Source: Patescibacteria group bacterium
GTDB taxonomy: Bacteria; Patescibacteriota; Patescibacteriia; UBA9934
NCBI GenBank assembly: GCA_041666145.1
Contig: JBAYHK010000005.1
Coordinates: 8,921-72,920 of the forward strand
DNA: 64,000 nt
Reading direction: 5' to 3'
This document shows, in pieces, positions 49,330 to 59,290 of this stretch (position 1 is its first letter; each line of letters opens with the position of its first letter). The notes under the pieces were generated by a model. It ran no database searches, had not been told where the DNA came from, and was given only the letters and a program-made list of their open reading frames with translations. The translations under genes and the position numbers were made by a program.

Positions 49330-50970
49330 TTACTCTTGAGCCGTGCCAAAGAAACTCAAGATCTTTTGCGCAGCAGAAGTGTAGGTCGCGCTGTCCATAA
49401 TGGAATGTTCTGTATTGTAATCCAAGAATGTATCAATGAATGATTGCGCCATTGATTCCCCGATGCCGTTATCACCAAAAATCAGGGAAGATAATCGCGT
49501 ATATTCAGCATCGTATTGTGCTTTAAATTTTTCATTCGCAAACAATCGTTCCTTTAACGTATTTGTCTTACCGCTCATCCCTCCCCCACGATTCTCTTTT
49601 ACAACACCGGCATTTGCATCTGCACCATTGAAACCACCTTCGTTCATCCATTCATTTACCACGTTTCCAAGATCGTCTTGAGTATTCGTCTGCATACGGT
49701 TGCCTCCACCTAATCCACCAAGCGCCAAATTCTGATCCCATGAAAGCATGGTGAATTGTTTTGTTTCTTTGTTGTAATACAGATAGTAATTGCTTCCCAT
49801 GCCACTAAATGAATCTTGATTTTGCAACAATGTATCAAGCGCCATCATGCGGATGAGTGAGTCAACATCAATCCATGAATCAAGGTCTTGAGCAAACACT
49901 TCATCTGAAGATTCATCAAGGAATTTTAAGAATTCAATGAGCGGAGCAAGATCATCATCACCAACATTGGTCACCTGCTCATACGAATTGGCATACAACG
50001 TTGGATCATCGCCAAGATAAGAGAATCCAACAAAGTTTCCTGCCTTATACAACACGCCATCAGAAGAACCGAAATACTTTTCAATGTAGGACTCATCGAG
50101 ATTCTCTGTAAGTACGTATAACGAGGGCTCATTATCTGCCATGGTGACAACGCCATACGACGATTCTGGCACAATCTGACCAGCAGCGTCATGAATCGCG
50201 AATGCCACTGGCTCGCTCAACAAGCTAACATCGCTACCAATACGAACAGCGAGTTCTGTCACACCTTCATACGATTGACCGTCAACAAACTCATCGAATT
50301 TTATGAGAAATGGTGGATTGCCGCCTGTTGATGACACCATTCCACCACCCGCTAGCTGACCAACATTTTCTTGACCACCCTGCGCTCCGCCTGGATGCAT
50401 AGACGCGAAAAGCGTCTGCAATGTTGATCGCTTTTCTTCGTCAGAAAGAGTATCCCAATCCTCTGGAAGCGTGATGAATGGAGGAAGTTGGAGATTCTCC
50501 AAATCGATCATGTCGATATTGAAGCCCATTCGTCCCTGTGGTCCTCCCTGCATAACATCAGCAGGGATATCTCCGATTGGTGCAGCACCCATGCCACCAC
50601 CCTGTTCAGATCCACTTCCGCCAAGAGTCTGACGTAACGTAAGATTACCTTTTAATCGCACACCAACATCATCAATCGTTACCCCATCAATGGTGACGCT
50701 AGTACGATAATAATCTTTCTCGCCAGTTTCTTGGTACGTCGTAACCATGGAATCATATTCTTCTGCAGTCAATCCGATGCTCACGTCATGAACCACAGAA
50801 GCATCAAAAAGCGCGACACTATTTTCATAGCCGCTTTTCTCAGCTTCGATAAAACCGCTTTCACCAAAGTGATACGCGATGATGCGAAGTGAACCACATA
50901 CAAGAGCAATGCCAATACTGGCAACGAGCGCAAGAATGATCCAATAATTTCTTTTCCAGACTAAAGACAT
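49330..50970 (-). CDS. CotH kinase family protein, membrane-anchored or exported
   Basis: VGVRLKGN, N.DS...GSNYYLY, WDQNLALG; N-terminal TM; Gly/Met-rich inserts. Confidence 0.88.
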   Translation of the reverse strand: MSLVWKRNYWIILALVASIGIALVCGSLRIIAYHFGESGFIEAEKSGYENSVALFDASVVHDVSIGLTAEEYDSMVTTYQETGEKDYYRTSVTIDGVTIDDVGVRLKGNLTLRQTLGGSGSEQGGGMGAAPIGDIPADVMQGGPQGRMGFNIDMIDLENLQLPPFITLPEDWDTLSDEEKRSTLQTLFASMHPGGAQGGQENVGQLAGGGMVSSTGGNPPFLIKFDEFVDGQSYEGVTELAVRIGSDVSLLSEPVAFAIHDAAGQIVPESSYGVVTMADNEPSLYVLTENLDESYIEKYFGSSDGVLYKAGNFVGFSYLGDDPTLYANSYEQVTNVGDDDLAPLIEFLKFLDESSDEVFAQDLDSWIDVDSLIRMMALDTLLQNQDSFSGMGSNYYLYYNKETKQFTMLSWDQNLALGGLGGGNRMQTNTQDDLGNVVNEWMNEGGFNGADANAGVVKENRGGGMSGKTNTLKERLFANEKFKAQYDAEYTRLSSLIFGDNGIGESMAQSFIDTFLDYNTEHSIMDSATYTSAAQKILSFFGTAQE

Positions 50971-50976
50971 AGCGTC

Positions 50977-51678
50977 CTAAAGATCGGTGGTGTTATAACC
51001 AGTCAATAACGAGACGTTCAAATTACCATTGAGTTTCTTGATTGCAGATAGCATCTCTTGTTTCTTTGCGCTCTTTTTCAATGTGACTGAATACACAAGC
51101 TCAGTAAGAAGCCCGGAGCGAATTGAATCAACACTGATTAATTCTGATCGTCCAGTAAATGTTACAAAGATGTCATCAAAAAGCTTCTCAAAATCAACAT
51201 CATTATTTAACTGGATCTTCAAAATCTGACTCGTAATCGGTTGAGCGAACAGATTAAATTTACTCAAAATCAACACAACTAAACTAATAATCACCGTTGA
51301 GAGGATGCCGAGAATGTAGAATTTCGTTCCCATGGCCATACCGATTGCCATGGCAAAAAAGATGAACCCGACATCTCGCGTTTCTTTTACCGCATTTCTA
51401 AAACGAATAATCGAAAGTGCTCCAACCAGAGAAAATGCACGCGCAATATTTGATCCAACAATAAGCATAATCACCGTCACAATCATGCCCATGAGGATCA
51501 GGGTGTGAACATAGCTTTGCGTATATGAAGTGCCCTTATGCGTTTTCTGATACACAAATGCAATAAAACTCGTCAACACAAAACTCAAGACCAACGCAAG
51601 AATAACATCAGTAATCGTGAATGTTCCTGTTAAGTCCTGAATGCCGAGCGATGAGAAAAGTGCGAGAAATTGATCCAT
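50977..51678 (-). CDS. DUF4956 family membrane protein
   Basis: SNIARAFSLVGALSIIRFRNAVKE.RD..F.F..MAIGM. Confidence 0.9.
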   Translation of the reverse strand: MDQFLALFSSLGIQDLTGTFTITDVILALVLSFVLTSFIAFVYQKTHKGTSYTQSYVHTLILMGMIVTVIMLIVGSNIARAFSLVGALSIIRFRNAVKETRDVGFIFFAMAIGMAMGTKFYILGILSTVIISLVVLILSKFNLFAQPITSQILKIQLNNDVDFEKLFDDIFVTFTGRSELISVDSIRSGLLTELVYSVTLKKSAKKQEMLSAIKKLNGNLNVSLLTGYNTTDL

Positions 51679-51687
51679 AGAAAGAGA

Positions 51688-52440
51688 TTAGGTTTCAAGA
51701 TGAAAGAATGAAGAAGGGGTAACGCTTGCACACTCGAGTCCCTGACAGTACTTGCTCACACGAATGAGACGATGGTTATACGCAGCAACCAGCTCAGTAA
51801 TCCAGTACGGAATACGATCATTTGTCTTAATCTCCATAACGACCATGTCTGGAGAAATCATGAATCCTTCCTTTGGATTCTCAGCTAAATCAAGATTCTT
51901 TCGGCTATAAGTGACGTCAGAATCAAATGTTATACGTAATCCAGCGTCATAATCGCTTCCAACATAGGCTTCTCGCGAATATGTTGTAATGATCTGTGGT
52001 TGAAGATTGCCAAGAATAAGCATTGATTCAGCTTCCTCAATCACGGCATGATCACGCGGTTCGTGCTCTGGAACAATGTGACGCTCACAAAAATTAAGCG
52101 CATCCCGGTATCGCATTGGCACACGACGCTTTTGCGTAACCCGATCAAGTCGCTGCTTAATCTCAAGAAAAACAATACTATCGCCAGTTAATGGACCATC
52201 GTCACTATAATGACGAATCCGAAGCTTTCTCCGAAATTTAATACCTTCAATCTTTTCCCAGTAACATCGGAAATCATCTGAATCAAAATACAAACTTTTC
52301 AACGTATATGATCCGATCTTTCCGTGCTCGTCTTTTTCCATGAATGCACAAAGATGCATTTTAAGTGCTTCAGCCTGAGAACGAGAAAGGAGATATTTCA
52401 GCTCAAATCGATTGAATTCACGAAGGGCTTGTATTGGCAT
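51688..52440 (-). CDS. VTC/polyphosphate polymerase (CYTH-like) domain protein
   Basis: RFELKY, SLYFD, KLRIR.Y, LEIK, Y.REAY, LRITFD, MEIK, SKY. Confidence 0.9.
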   Translation of the reverse strand: MPIQALREFNRFELKYLLSRSQAEALKMHLCAFMEKDEHGKIGSYTLKSLYFDSDDFRCYWEKIEGIKFRRKLRIRHYSDDGPLTGDSIVFLEIKQRLDRVTQKRRVPMRYRDALNFCERHIVPEHEPRDHAVIEEAESMLILGNLQPQIITTYSREAYVGSDYDAGLRITFDSDVTYSRKNLDLAENPKEGFMISPDMVVMEIKTNDRIPYWITELVAAYNHRLIRVSKYCQGLECASVTPSSFFHLET

Positions 52441-52457
52441 AGATAAATACGCGCCCA

Positions 52458-52491
52458 AGCGTAGCAAACCCCTCATGAAGAAAAGATGAAG
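52458..52491 (-). promoter_or_regulatory. OmpR/PhoB-type direct-repeat box plus -10 of the VTC operon
   Basis: Minus strand CTTCATCTTTTCTTCATG-10nt-TACGCT. Confidence 0.7.
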
Positions 52492-52559
52492 CGCGCCATA
52501 CTCATTTGAATATGACGCGCTTTCATGAAACTGATCTTCTTTTTTCTTAAGAACTCACG

Positions 52560-53594
52560 CTATGCCCGAGGCAACGTTACCCTTACCGTCGTACCTTTTC
52601 CCGAAGTGCTCTGCATGTTGAGCGATCCTCCAATGGCGTGCAAAATTCCAGAAACAATAGAAAGTCCAAGTCCGCTTCCGCCAGTTTTTCGTGAACGGCT
52701 CTTTTCTGCACGATAGAAACGCTCAGATGCTCGAGGAAGTTCTTCTGGTGTCATACCAATGCCAGTATCTTTTATTTCAAACGTCACGGTTTTCTCATCA
52801 TAGCGTACATCAACATCTACGCTTCCTTTTGGAACATTGTACAAAATCGCGTTATGTAAAAGATTTACAAAAACCCGAGCAACGCTCTCTTGATTTGTCG
52901 CAAGAACATGAAGAGAAATATTTTTTGGAATGTTTGCGGTAAGGACGACATCATGAGCACTAGCAATACCGCGTAACCGCTCAATACTTTGTAAGAGCAC
53001 AGGAAGAACATTAATAGACTCCCGTACTTCAGGTTCAGAAACACGATCAAGCCGTGAAAGTGTCAGCAAATCACCCACCAATCTCGTCATGCGATCAACT
53101 TCTTCAAGTCCGTCATCGATTCGTTGCCTTTCATCTGCTCCACGAGCATCGTGTTTTGCGTTTTCAAATTGTGTCCGAAGAATAGCAAGTGGAGTTCGCA
53201 ATTCATGGGAAGCGTCGCCTAAGAAATCTCGTTGTTTTTCATACGCCCTTTGGATAGGCCGCAATGTTAAGCCAGCGAGCCAATAACTTAAAAAAGCAGA
53301 AATTAAAAGAAGGATTCCATTCACCAACCAGATAATGCCCTGAAGATCAGCACGAACCGTGTCAGACGTTGGAGGTGGAGGTGGTAATGGCTGCGTGACT
53401 GTCTGTGCTTCAAAATCATGGAATCGAACATCGAGCCGACTGGAAAAAAGCGATCGGGTAATCTCACTTGATAAAAAAAGAATTGACGCAGCAAGAGCGA
53501 CGTACAACACGGTTAACGAAAATCTCGAGCGACGAAAATCTCGATTAAGCCAATCGGTAACCTTTGCCCCAAACCGTTTCAAGACGTTTTGCAT
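52560..53594 (-). CDS. Sensor histidine kinase
   Basis: Two TM, ASHELRTPL, NLLHNA..Y, DTGIG, GSGLGLSI. Confidence 0.95.
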   Translation of the reverse strand: MQNVLKRFGAKVTDWLNRDFRRSRFSLTVLYVALAASILFLSSEITRSLFSSRLDVRFHDFEAQTVTQPLPPPPPTSDTVRADLQGIIWLVNGILLLISAFLSYWLAGLTLRPIQRAYEKQRDFLGDASHELRTPLAILRTQFENAKHDARGADERQRIDDGLEEVDRMTRLVGDLLTLSRLDRVSEPEVRESINVLPVLLQSIERLRGIASAHDVVLTANIPKNISLHVLATNQESVARVFVNLLHNAILYNVPKGSVDVDVRYDEKTVTFEIKDTGIGMTPEELPRASERFYRAEKSRSRKTGGSGLGLSIVSGILHAIGGSLNMQSTSGKGTTVRVTLPRA

Positions 53595-54210
53595 AAGATG
53601 GTGGAAGCTTCTTTCGAAGATTTTTCATGTGCACATCAACAACATTACTAAACGAATCAAAGAATCGATCCCAAACCTGTGAAAGAATATCTTCGCGAGT
53701 GACTACAGCACCCTGATTACGCAAAAGATATTCCAATAAACCATATTCACGAAGCGTCAAAACAATGCGGTTGCCGTCTGCAGTCACTTCTTGCGTACGG
53801 GTATCAAGAATAAGACCATCAAGAGCAAGAGTGTCTCCAATAATGACATGAGAAGATCGACGTGCAAGTGCACGCAAACGAGCAACAAACTCTTCAAAAG
53901 AAAATGGCTTTACCATGTAATCATCAGCACCAATGTCCAATCCAGTAATTTTATCTTCCAATGCTCCACGGGCTGTTAAAAAAAGAACCGGCGTTGTTAC
54001 TCCATGATCACGAAGGTTTTTGCACAGCGTCACGCCATCACGCTTTGGCATCATAATATCGGTCACTACAACGTCATATGCATATTCACGAGCAAGACGT
54101 TCACCTTCTTCGCCGTCATATGCAGAATCAACCGCAAAACCGCGGCTTTTAAGGCCAGAAACAATGGCATGATTCAATTTTTCCTCATCTTCAACAATAA
54201 GGATTTTCAT
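53545..54210 (-). CDS. OmpR/PhoB family response regulator
   Basis: ILIVEDE, DIMMP, FLTAR, GADDYMVKPF, TVWGKGY. Confidence 0.96.
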   Translation of the reverse strand: MKILIVEDEEKLNHAIVSGLKSRGFAVDSAYDGEEGERLAREYAYDVVVTDIMMPKRDGVTLCKNLRDHGVTTPVLFLTARGALEDKITGLDIGADDYMVKPFSFEEFVARLRALARRSSHVIIGDTLALDGLILDTRTQEVTADGNRIVLTLREYGLLEYLLRNQGAVVTREDILSQVWDRFFDSFSNVVDVHMKNLRKKLPPSYAKRLETVWGKGYRLA

Positions 54211-54218
54211 AGAGAACA

Positions 54219-54252
54219 ATCATAGCTCAACATCCATGAAGAAATCATGAAG
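54219..54252 (-). promoter_or_regulatory. OmpR/PhoB-type direct-repeat box plus -10 of the regulator gene
   Basis: Minus strand CTTCATGATTTCTTCATG-10nt-TATGAT-8nt-ATG. Confidence 0.7.
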
Positions 54253-54472
54253 ATATTTTCGTTTTATCATGTTCGTAATATGCGGAAACGGCGCCCCAGA
54301 TGGAGCGCCGTCGCCAGATTCACAAGAAGAAACCTTACCAAAATTCAGCCATTCTGTCAATGCAAAATAGCTAAATTTATAGCTAATATTATTCAATTTC
54401 TATAAAGAATCTTCAATGATATTGCAGCACACTTTTCGTACTTTTATCTGTTCATTGATATGATCTTTTTCT

Positions 54473-55066
54473 ATGACTGCACTATTCGGATACATTTCTT
54501 TCATTTTGAGCATCCTCAAAACAATTCCCTACGCCAGAGACATCTTTCTTAAAAAAACCAAACCCGAACGTGCATCATGGCTCATATGGACATTACTCGT
54601 TTGGATTGCGTTTTTCTCACAGCTTGCAAAAGGAGCTACTGATTCATTATGGCTAACTGCTGGTGTGGGAATAACAGCATTACTTATTTTCTCACTCTCC
54701 CTAAAATTTGGAGTCGGAGGATTCACTCGACGTGATGTCACCGCATTGGGAATAGCAGGACTAGGACTCGTGTTCTGGTACATCACAAATGAACCGATAT
54801 ATGCGCTTGCAATCGCTATCGCGATCGACGCTATCGGAACCCTTCTCACTGCCATAAAGTCATACGAGCATCCGTTTGAAGAGACCCTCATTGCATGGAT
54901 TACCGCTATAGCTATCGGAATATTTGGCGTTCTTGCCGTAGGATCATTTGAGCCTTTTCTTCTTGCGTATCCTGTGTATATTACCGTCGCAAATGTCACG
55001 ATCGTAACGTGCTTAATAATTGGCCGTCACAGGCAACGAAAACAATCCATTTATACGTCTAACTAA
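54473..55066 (+). CDS. Hypothetical polytopic membrane protein (PQ-loop-like two-fold repeat)
   Basis: About 7 TM; PY.RDI...TKP...SW and T..KSY..P..E....W halves. Confidence 0.75.
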   Translation: MTALFGYISFILSILKTIPYARDIFLKKTKPERASWLIWTLLVWIAFFSQLAKGATDSLWLTAGVGITALLIFSLSLKFGVGGFTRRDVTALGIAGLGLVFWYITNEPIYALAIAIAIDAIGTLLTAIKSYEHPFEETLIAWITAIAIGIFGVLAVGSFEPFLLAYPVYITVANVTIVTCLIIGRHRQRKQSIYTSN

Positions 55067-55067
55067 T

Positions 55068-56183
55068 ATGTTCGCGACATCATTCTTTCGTGCCAGCTAT
55101 GCATACATACTCAAACCAATTCTCTTCTGTTTCGATCCTGAAGACGTTCACGACCTCGCTACTCAAACTGGAATACTTCTCGGTCGCTTCCCAATCACCC
55201 AAGCAATAACTCGTCACCTATTCGATTTTCGTCATCACTCGCTTGAACAAAATGTACTCGGAATTCACTTCTCAAATCCCGTTGGCCTTGCCGCTGGCTT
55301 TGATAAAAACGCTGAACTTATCGACATTATGGGACCGGTGGGATTCGGATTCTCTGAAGTTGGATCGATTACCGGGGAATCATGTACTGGAAATCCAAAG
55401 CCACGTCTTTGGCGACTTCCAAAATCAGAAGGAATCATGGTGTGGTACGGACTAAAAAATAAAGGATCAAAAGAAATATCAAATCGACTACAAAGAAAGT
55501 CGTTTTCAATTCCAATCGGAACTAGCGTGGCAAGAACGAATGACGCAACAACCGTCGAAATCGAAGCTGGCATTGCGGACTACATAAAAGCGTTCAGCGC
55601 AATGGCAACAATCGGAGCCTATACAACCGTCAACATCAGTTGCCCAAATACTTGCGGCGGAGAACCATTTACAACTCCAGAACGTCTCGAGCGACTTCTC
55701 ACGGAACTCGATAAAATCCCAACCGAAAAACCTATTTTTTTAAAGTTCCCTTCTGACATTCCATTTACAAACGCCGATGCTTTAATTGATGTTGCAAAAA
55801 AACATAGAGTAAACGGCTTTGTTATTGCAAACCTTACAAAGGAATACTCAGCGTCAACAATCGACCAATCGGAAATCTCAAATGAAATGAAAGGTGGAAT
55901 AGGCGGAAAGCCAACATTCAGTCTATCGAACGCCCTCATCTCACATGCATATTCCTCAGCGGGAGATCGATTCACCATCATCGGGGTTGGTGGGATATTC
56001 ACCGCAGAAGATGCATATGCAAAGATTCGTGCCGGAGCTTCGCTTGTTCAGCTTGCCACTGGCATGATTTTCCGTGGGCCACAACTTATTGGAGAAATCA
56101 ATAAAGGACTCGTTGAACTTCTTGCCCGCGATGGCTTTACGAATATTGCACAGGCAGTCGGTGCAGACCATCGAAAAGCGTAA
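55068..56183 (+). CDS. pyrD: Dihydroorotate dehydrogenase, class 2-type
   Basis: DPE..H N-terminal extension, NPVGLAAGFDKNA, GNPKPRL.RL, NISCPN, IGVGGI. Confidence 0.92.
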   Translation: MFATSFFRASYAYILKPILFCFDPEDVHDLATQTGILLGRFPITQAITRHLFDFRHHSLEQNVLGIHFSNPVGLAAGFDKNAELIDIMGPVGFGFSEVGSITGESCTGNPKPRLWRLPKSEGIMVWYGLKNKGSKEISNRLQRKSFSIPIGTSVARTNDATTVEIEAGIADYIKAFSAMATIGAYTTVNISCPNTCGGEPFTTPERLERLLTELDKIPTEKPIFLKFPSDIPFTNADALIDVAKKHRVNGFVIANLTKEYSASTIDQSEISNEMKGGIGGKPTFSLSNALISHAYSSAGDRFTIIGVGGIFTAEDAYAKIRAGASLVQLATGMIFRGPQLIGEINKGLVELLARDGFTNIAQAVGADHRKA

Positions 56184-56205
56184 CTGCAACAATTTTGGCT
56201 GTTAT

Positions 56206-56234
56206 TTGACACTTTTCTCACTTTCCCGTACACT
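56206..56234 (+). promoter_or_regulatory. Sigma70 promoter of rpmG
   Basis: TTGACA-17-TACACT. Confidence 0.7.
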
Positions 56235-56256
56235 TTTGCCAATATTTTTTTCTCGT

Positions 56257-56412
56257 ATGTCCCAAGAAAATCTCATCAAAATGGAATGCGTTACATGCAA
56301 ATCATTAAACTATCGTTCAAAGAAAAACAAGAAAATCCTAAAAGATCGTCTTGAACTCAAGAAATTCTGCGAACAATGCCACAAGCACACGGTTCACAAA
56401 GAAACGAAGTAG
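56257..56412 (+). CDS. rpmG: 50S ribosomal protein L33 (Zn-binding form)
   Basis: MSQENLIKMECVTC..NY...KN.....RLELKKFC..C.KHTVHKETK. Confidence 0.95.
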   Translation: MSQENLIKMECVTCKSLNYRSKKNKKILKDRLELKKFCEQCHKHTVHKETK

Positions 56413-56438
56413 CCCAGAGCTACTTCGTTTCTTTTTTT
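56398..56438 (+). terminator. Intrinsic terminator overlapping the rpmG stop
   Basis: AAAGAAACGAAGTAGC-CCAGA-GCTACTTCGTTTCTTT plus T tract. Confidence 0.8.
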
Positions 56439-56445
56439 CTAGCAA

Positions 56446-57234
56446 TCACGACCGAGCATCTATGAGCATTTTTTCAAATACTACGATTTTCTGATTTTCT
56501 GGATTCACCTTACTGAGATGATCAATAGCCACCTGTGCTTCGTGATACTCCCCCACCGCAATTGCTGACTGAATAAAGAAATCAAGATATTTCGGATTAT
56601 TCGGGCTGATGTCTCGTCCTTTTGAATAATATTCATGAGCAATCTTCTTCTCTCCAAGTTCCTCATGAACCTGACCGAGCGCGATCATTACACTTGCATC
56701 ATTCGGAACCAACTTTGCCAAAAACTCTAATGCTTCTTTCGACTCCGCATATTGCCCCTGAGAAAGATACATGCGACCTAATACTTCATATGCCTCAGCA
56801 TGCCTTGGGTCGTGGCTGACTACCGCGATGAGCTTCTGCTCAGCAAGGTCAAAACGCTCATGCCCAATTGCCGTCTTAGCTTCCTCCACCATCCGATGTA
56901 ACGCTGAGGCATCCATAGTTCCTCCTCCACCACGTTGTCGCTCAACATATCGTCGTTCAAGTGCAGTAAGCCTTCCCGCGATTCTACGAAATGCATCACG
57001 AACTGCATGAAAAATCGGTTGCAATGCAGTCTTCCATACTGTTCGACCCCGTTCTCCAACCTGTCGCATCATTCTTGCTTCAAGCAAAGAATTCTTTCGT
57101 TCACGCGCCTGAGCTTCACGAGAAGACATTGGATTTACAATAGAGAGCTGCGGAGCCTTCTTTATTGCAACTCGAAGCAAATACCCAAAAGAAATACCAA
57201 TTGCTAAAACAAGAATCCAGTCAAAATTTGTCAT
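56446..57234 (-). CDS. Membrane-anchored TPR protein
   Basis: N-terminal TM; TPR-like repeats (P..AEAY..LG, P.DA.V...LG). Confidence 0.8.
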   Translation of the reverse strand: MTNFDWILVLAIGISFGYLLRVAIKKAPQLSIVNPMSSREAQARERKNSLLEARMMRQVGERGRTVWKTALQPIFHAVRDAFRRIAGRLTALERRYVERQRGGGGTMDASALHRMVEEAKTAIGHERFDLAEQKLIAVVSHDPRHAEAYEVLGRMYLSQGQYAESKEALEFLAKLVPNDASVMIALGQVHEELGEKKIAHEYYSKGRDISPNNPKYLDFFIQSAIAVGEYHEAQVAIDHLSKVNPENQKIVVFEKMLIDARS

Positions 57235-58004
57235 ACATTTTGTGCAATCATTACATCTCTCGCCGCAAAAATAATTGCTTCAAATTCCTGTATCTTTAAA
57301 CTCGCTCCGCCAACAAGGACTCCATCAATCTCTGGCTCTCGCAAAAACTGATACGCATTTTCTCCACTCACAGAACCTCCATAAAGAATCTGCACATCAA
57401 CATGCATATTTTTCAAAAGCTCTTCAAGCGTTTTGCGAATGATCCCATGCATAGCAACAACGTCGGAAATACGCGCACTCTTTCCACTACCTATTGCCCA
57501 CACCGGTTCATAAGCCACAAGTAATCGCGAAGACCGAGCAAATTCAACGTTACGCAAGGCCATAACAAGCTGCGCGGCCACCGTTGACTCCGCCATTCCA
57601 GATTCTCGATCAGGGACCGACTCTCCAACGCAAAGAACAGGAACAATCGATGTCTGTGCAACAAGTTTCATTTTCGCATTCACGACGTCATCCGTCTCCC
57701 CATTCATTGCTCGACGCTCTGAATGACCAATAATAACAAAAGTACAGCCAACATCATCAAGCTGTGCAACAGAAATATCTCCAGTAAATGCGCCAAAACG
57801 CTCTGTTCCAGTGGTCTGTCCACCAAGTGCAACGCGTGTTCGGACTAGCACTTTTCGAACTTCAGAAAGCGCAGTAAATGAAGGGCACAAAACAATTTCT
57901 GGCAATATTTCATTGCCCATAATGAACCGCAAAACGCCACGCGCCTGGGCAAGCGATTCGCGAATCCCTAAGTGCATTTTCCAATTTGCAATAATAGTTT
58001 TCAT
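57231..58004 (-). CDS. tpiA: Triosephosphate isomerase
   Basis: ANWKM, GHSERR, AYEPVWAIG, YGGSV, LVGGASL. Confidence 0.98.
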   Translation of the reverse strand: MKTIIANWKMHLGIRESLAQARGVLRFIMGNEILPEIVLCPSFTALSEVRKVLVRTRVALGGQTTGTERFGAFTGDISVAQLDDVGCTFVIIGHSERRAMNGETDDVVNAKMKLVAQTSIVPVLCVGESVPDRESGMAESTVAAQLVMALRNVEFARSSRLLVAYEPVWAIGSGKSARISDVVAMHGIIRKTLEELLKNMHVDVQILYGGSVSGENAYQFLREPEIDGVLVGGASLKIQEFEAIIFAARDVMIAQNV

Positions 58005-58008
58005 AAAC

Positions 58009-59283
58009 CTAATTCAGAGGAATCAACCTTTTCAATTCATCCTCAGAAGCAAACGGTCCAATTGCTGCAAGCGACATTCTTCCAAAAACAAGGTATTGGT
58101 TTGCAACACGTGCAATGTCAGACAATGTGACTGCATCGAATTTCTTCAATCGCTCATCTGGTTCTTGAATAACATCAAGAAACAACGCCTGTCTTCCGTA
58201 GTATTCTGCTCGACTTGCTGAATCTTCTAAATTTAATAATAAACCACCGCGTACATGATCCTTCACCATTTCAAGTTCTTCCGACGTAACACCGTGAACT
58301 GCCACTTTTCGTAATTCATTACAAATAACCTGCATCGCTTCTGCCAATCGATTGACATCAAGCCCTGCACGAACCGTAAACATGCCAGTGTCCTGATACG
58401 CTTCCGTTCCTGTCTGAACGCTATAGCACAACCCCCTGCGCTCGCGAACTTCTACAAATAATCTTGAGCTCATTGTGCCGCCAAGAATTGCCGAAAGAAG
58501 TTTAAGTGCTGGTTCATCAGCATGGCCGCGCTCAATCGTGGGAAATCCAAGAGCAAGCTGCACCTGTTCAACTTCTTTCTTCTGAAATCGCACACGACCT
58601 TGTAAAACATCATTTTCGATATGATCAAATTTCGATCGTAAGACACCAGAAGATGGCACTACTCCAAACGTTTTCTCAAGTTGTCCAATGAAGTCATCCG
58701 GAAGCTTTCCAGATGCAACAATGACCATATTTTCTGGTCGATAATGCGCAGAATGATACGCAATCACATCCCCACGCTGCATTGCCTTCATCGTCGCTGA
58801 AGTTCCTGCAATATTTCTTCCTAAAACATGTCCATCAAACATTGCTTCTTCAAGAAGATCCTCAATGTGCATCATTGGGTTCTCCTCATACATCTTTATT
58901 TCTTCAATAATGACTTGTTTTTCACGCTCCATTTCTTCTCCGTCAAACTTCGAATGGAATGTCATGTCATGCAAAAGGTCTATAGCAACTGGCAATTGTT
59001 CTGCAGCAATTTTCACCCAATATCCAGTTAAATCTTTTCCGGTATACGCATTAAATTGAGCTCCATACCGATCAAGTTCTTTTGAAATATCAACCGTCTG
59101 GGGACGACGTTCTGTTCCTTTAAACATTACATGCTCAACGAAATGAGATCCACCCCAAACTTTTGAATCTTCAAATCGTGATCCCACTTGAAAAAGCACC
59201 AAAATCGCAGCAGCATCAGTGCCAGAAAATGGCGCAAGAACAACGGTCGCGCCATTTTGAAGCGCTGTCTGTGTAAACGACAT
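58009..59283 (-). CDS. M16 family zinc peptidase
   Basis: HFVEH (HxxEH), NAYT, SSRLF.EVRE.RGL.Y. Confidence 0.93.
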   Translation of the reverse strand: MSFTQTALQNGATVVLAPFSGTDAAAILVLFQVGSRFEDSKVWGGSHFVEHVMFKGTERRPQTVDISKELDRYGAQFNAYTGKDLTGYWVKIAAEQLPVAIDLLHDMTFHSKFDGEEMEREKQVIIEEIKMYEENPMMHIEDLLEEAMFDGHVLGRNIAGTSATMKAMQRGDVIAYHSAHYRPENMVIVASGKLPDDFIGQLEKTFGVVPSSGVLRSKFDHIENDVLQGRVRFQKKEVEQVQLALGFPTIERGHADEPALKLLSAILGGTMSSRLFVEVRERRGLCYSVQTGTEAYQDTGMFTVRAGLDVNRLAEAMQVICNELRKVAVHGVTSEELEMVKDHVRGGLLLNLEDSASRAEYYGRQALFLDVIQEPDERLKKFDAVTLSDIARVANQYLVFGRMSLAAIGPFASEDELKRLIPLN

Positions 59284-59290
59284 AGATAGA

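Noticed and set aside
48500-54470. tRNA-integrated genomic island
   Set aside because: No integrase and no duplicated tRNA 3' end found by eye; left as unsupported
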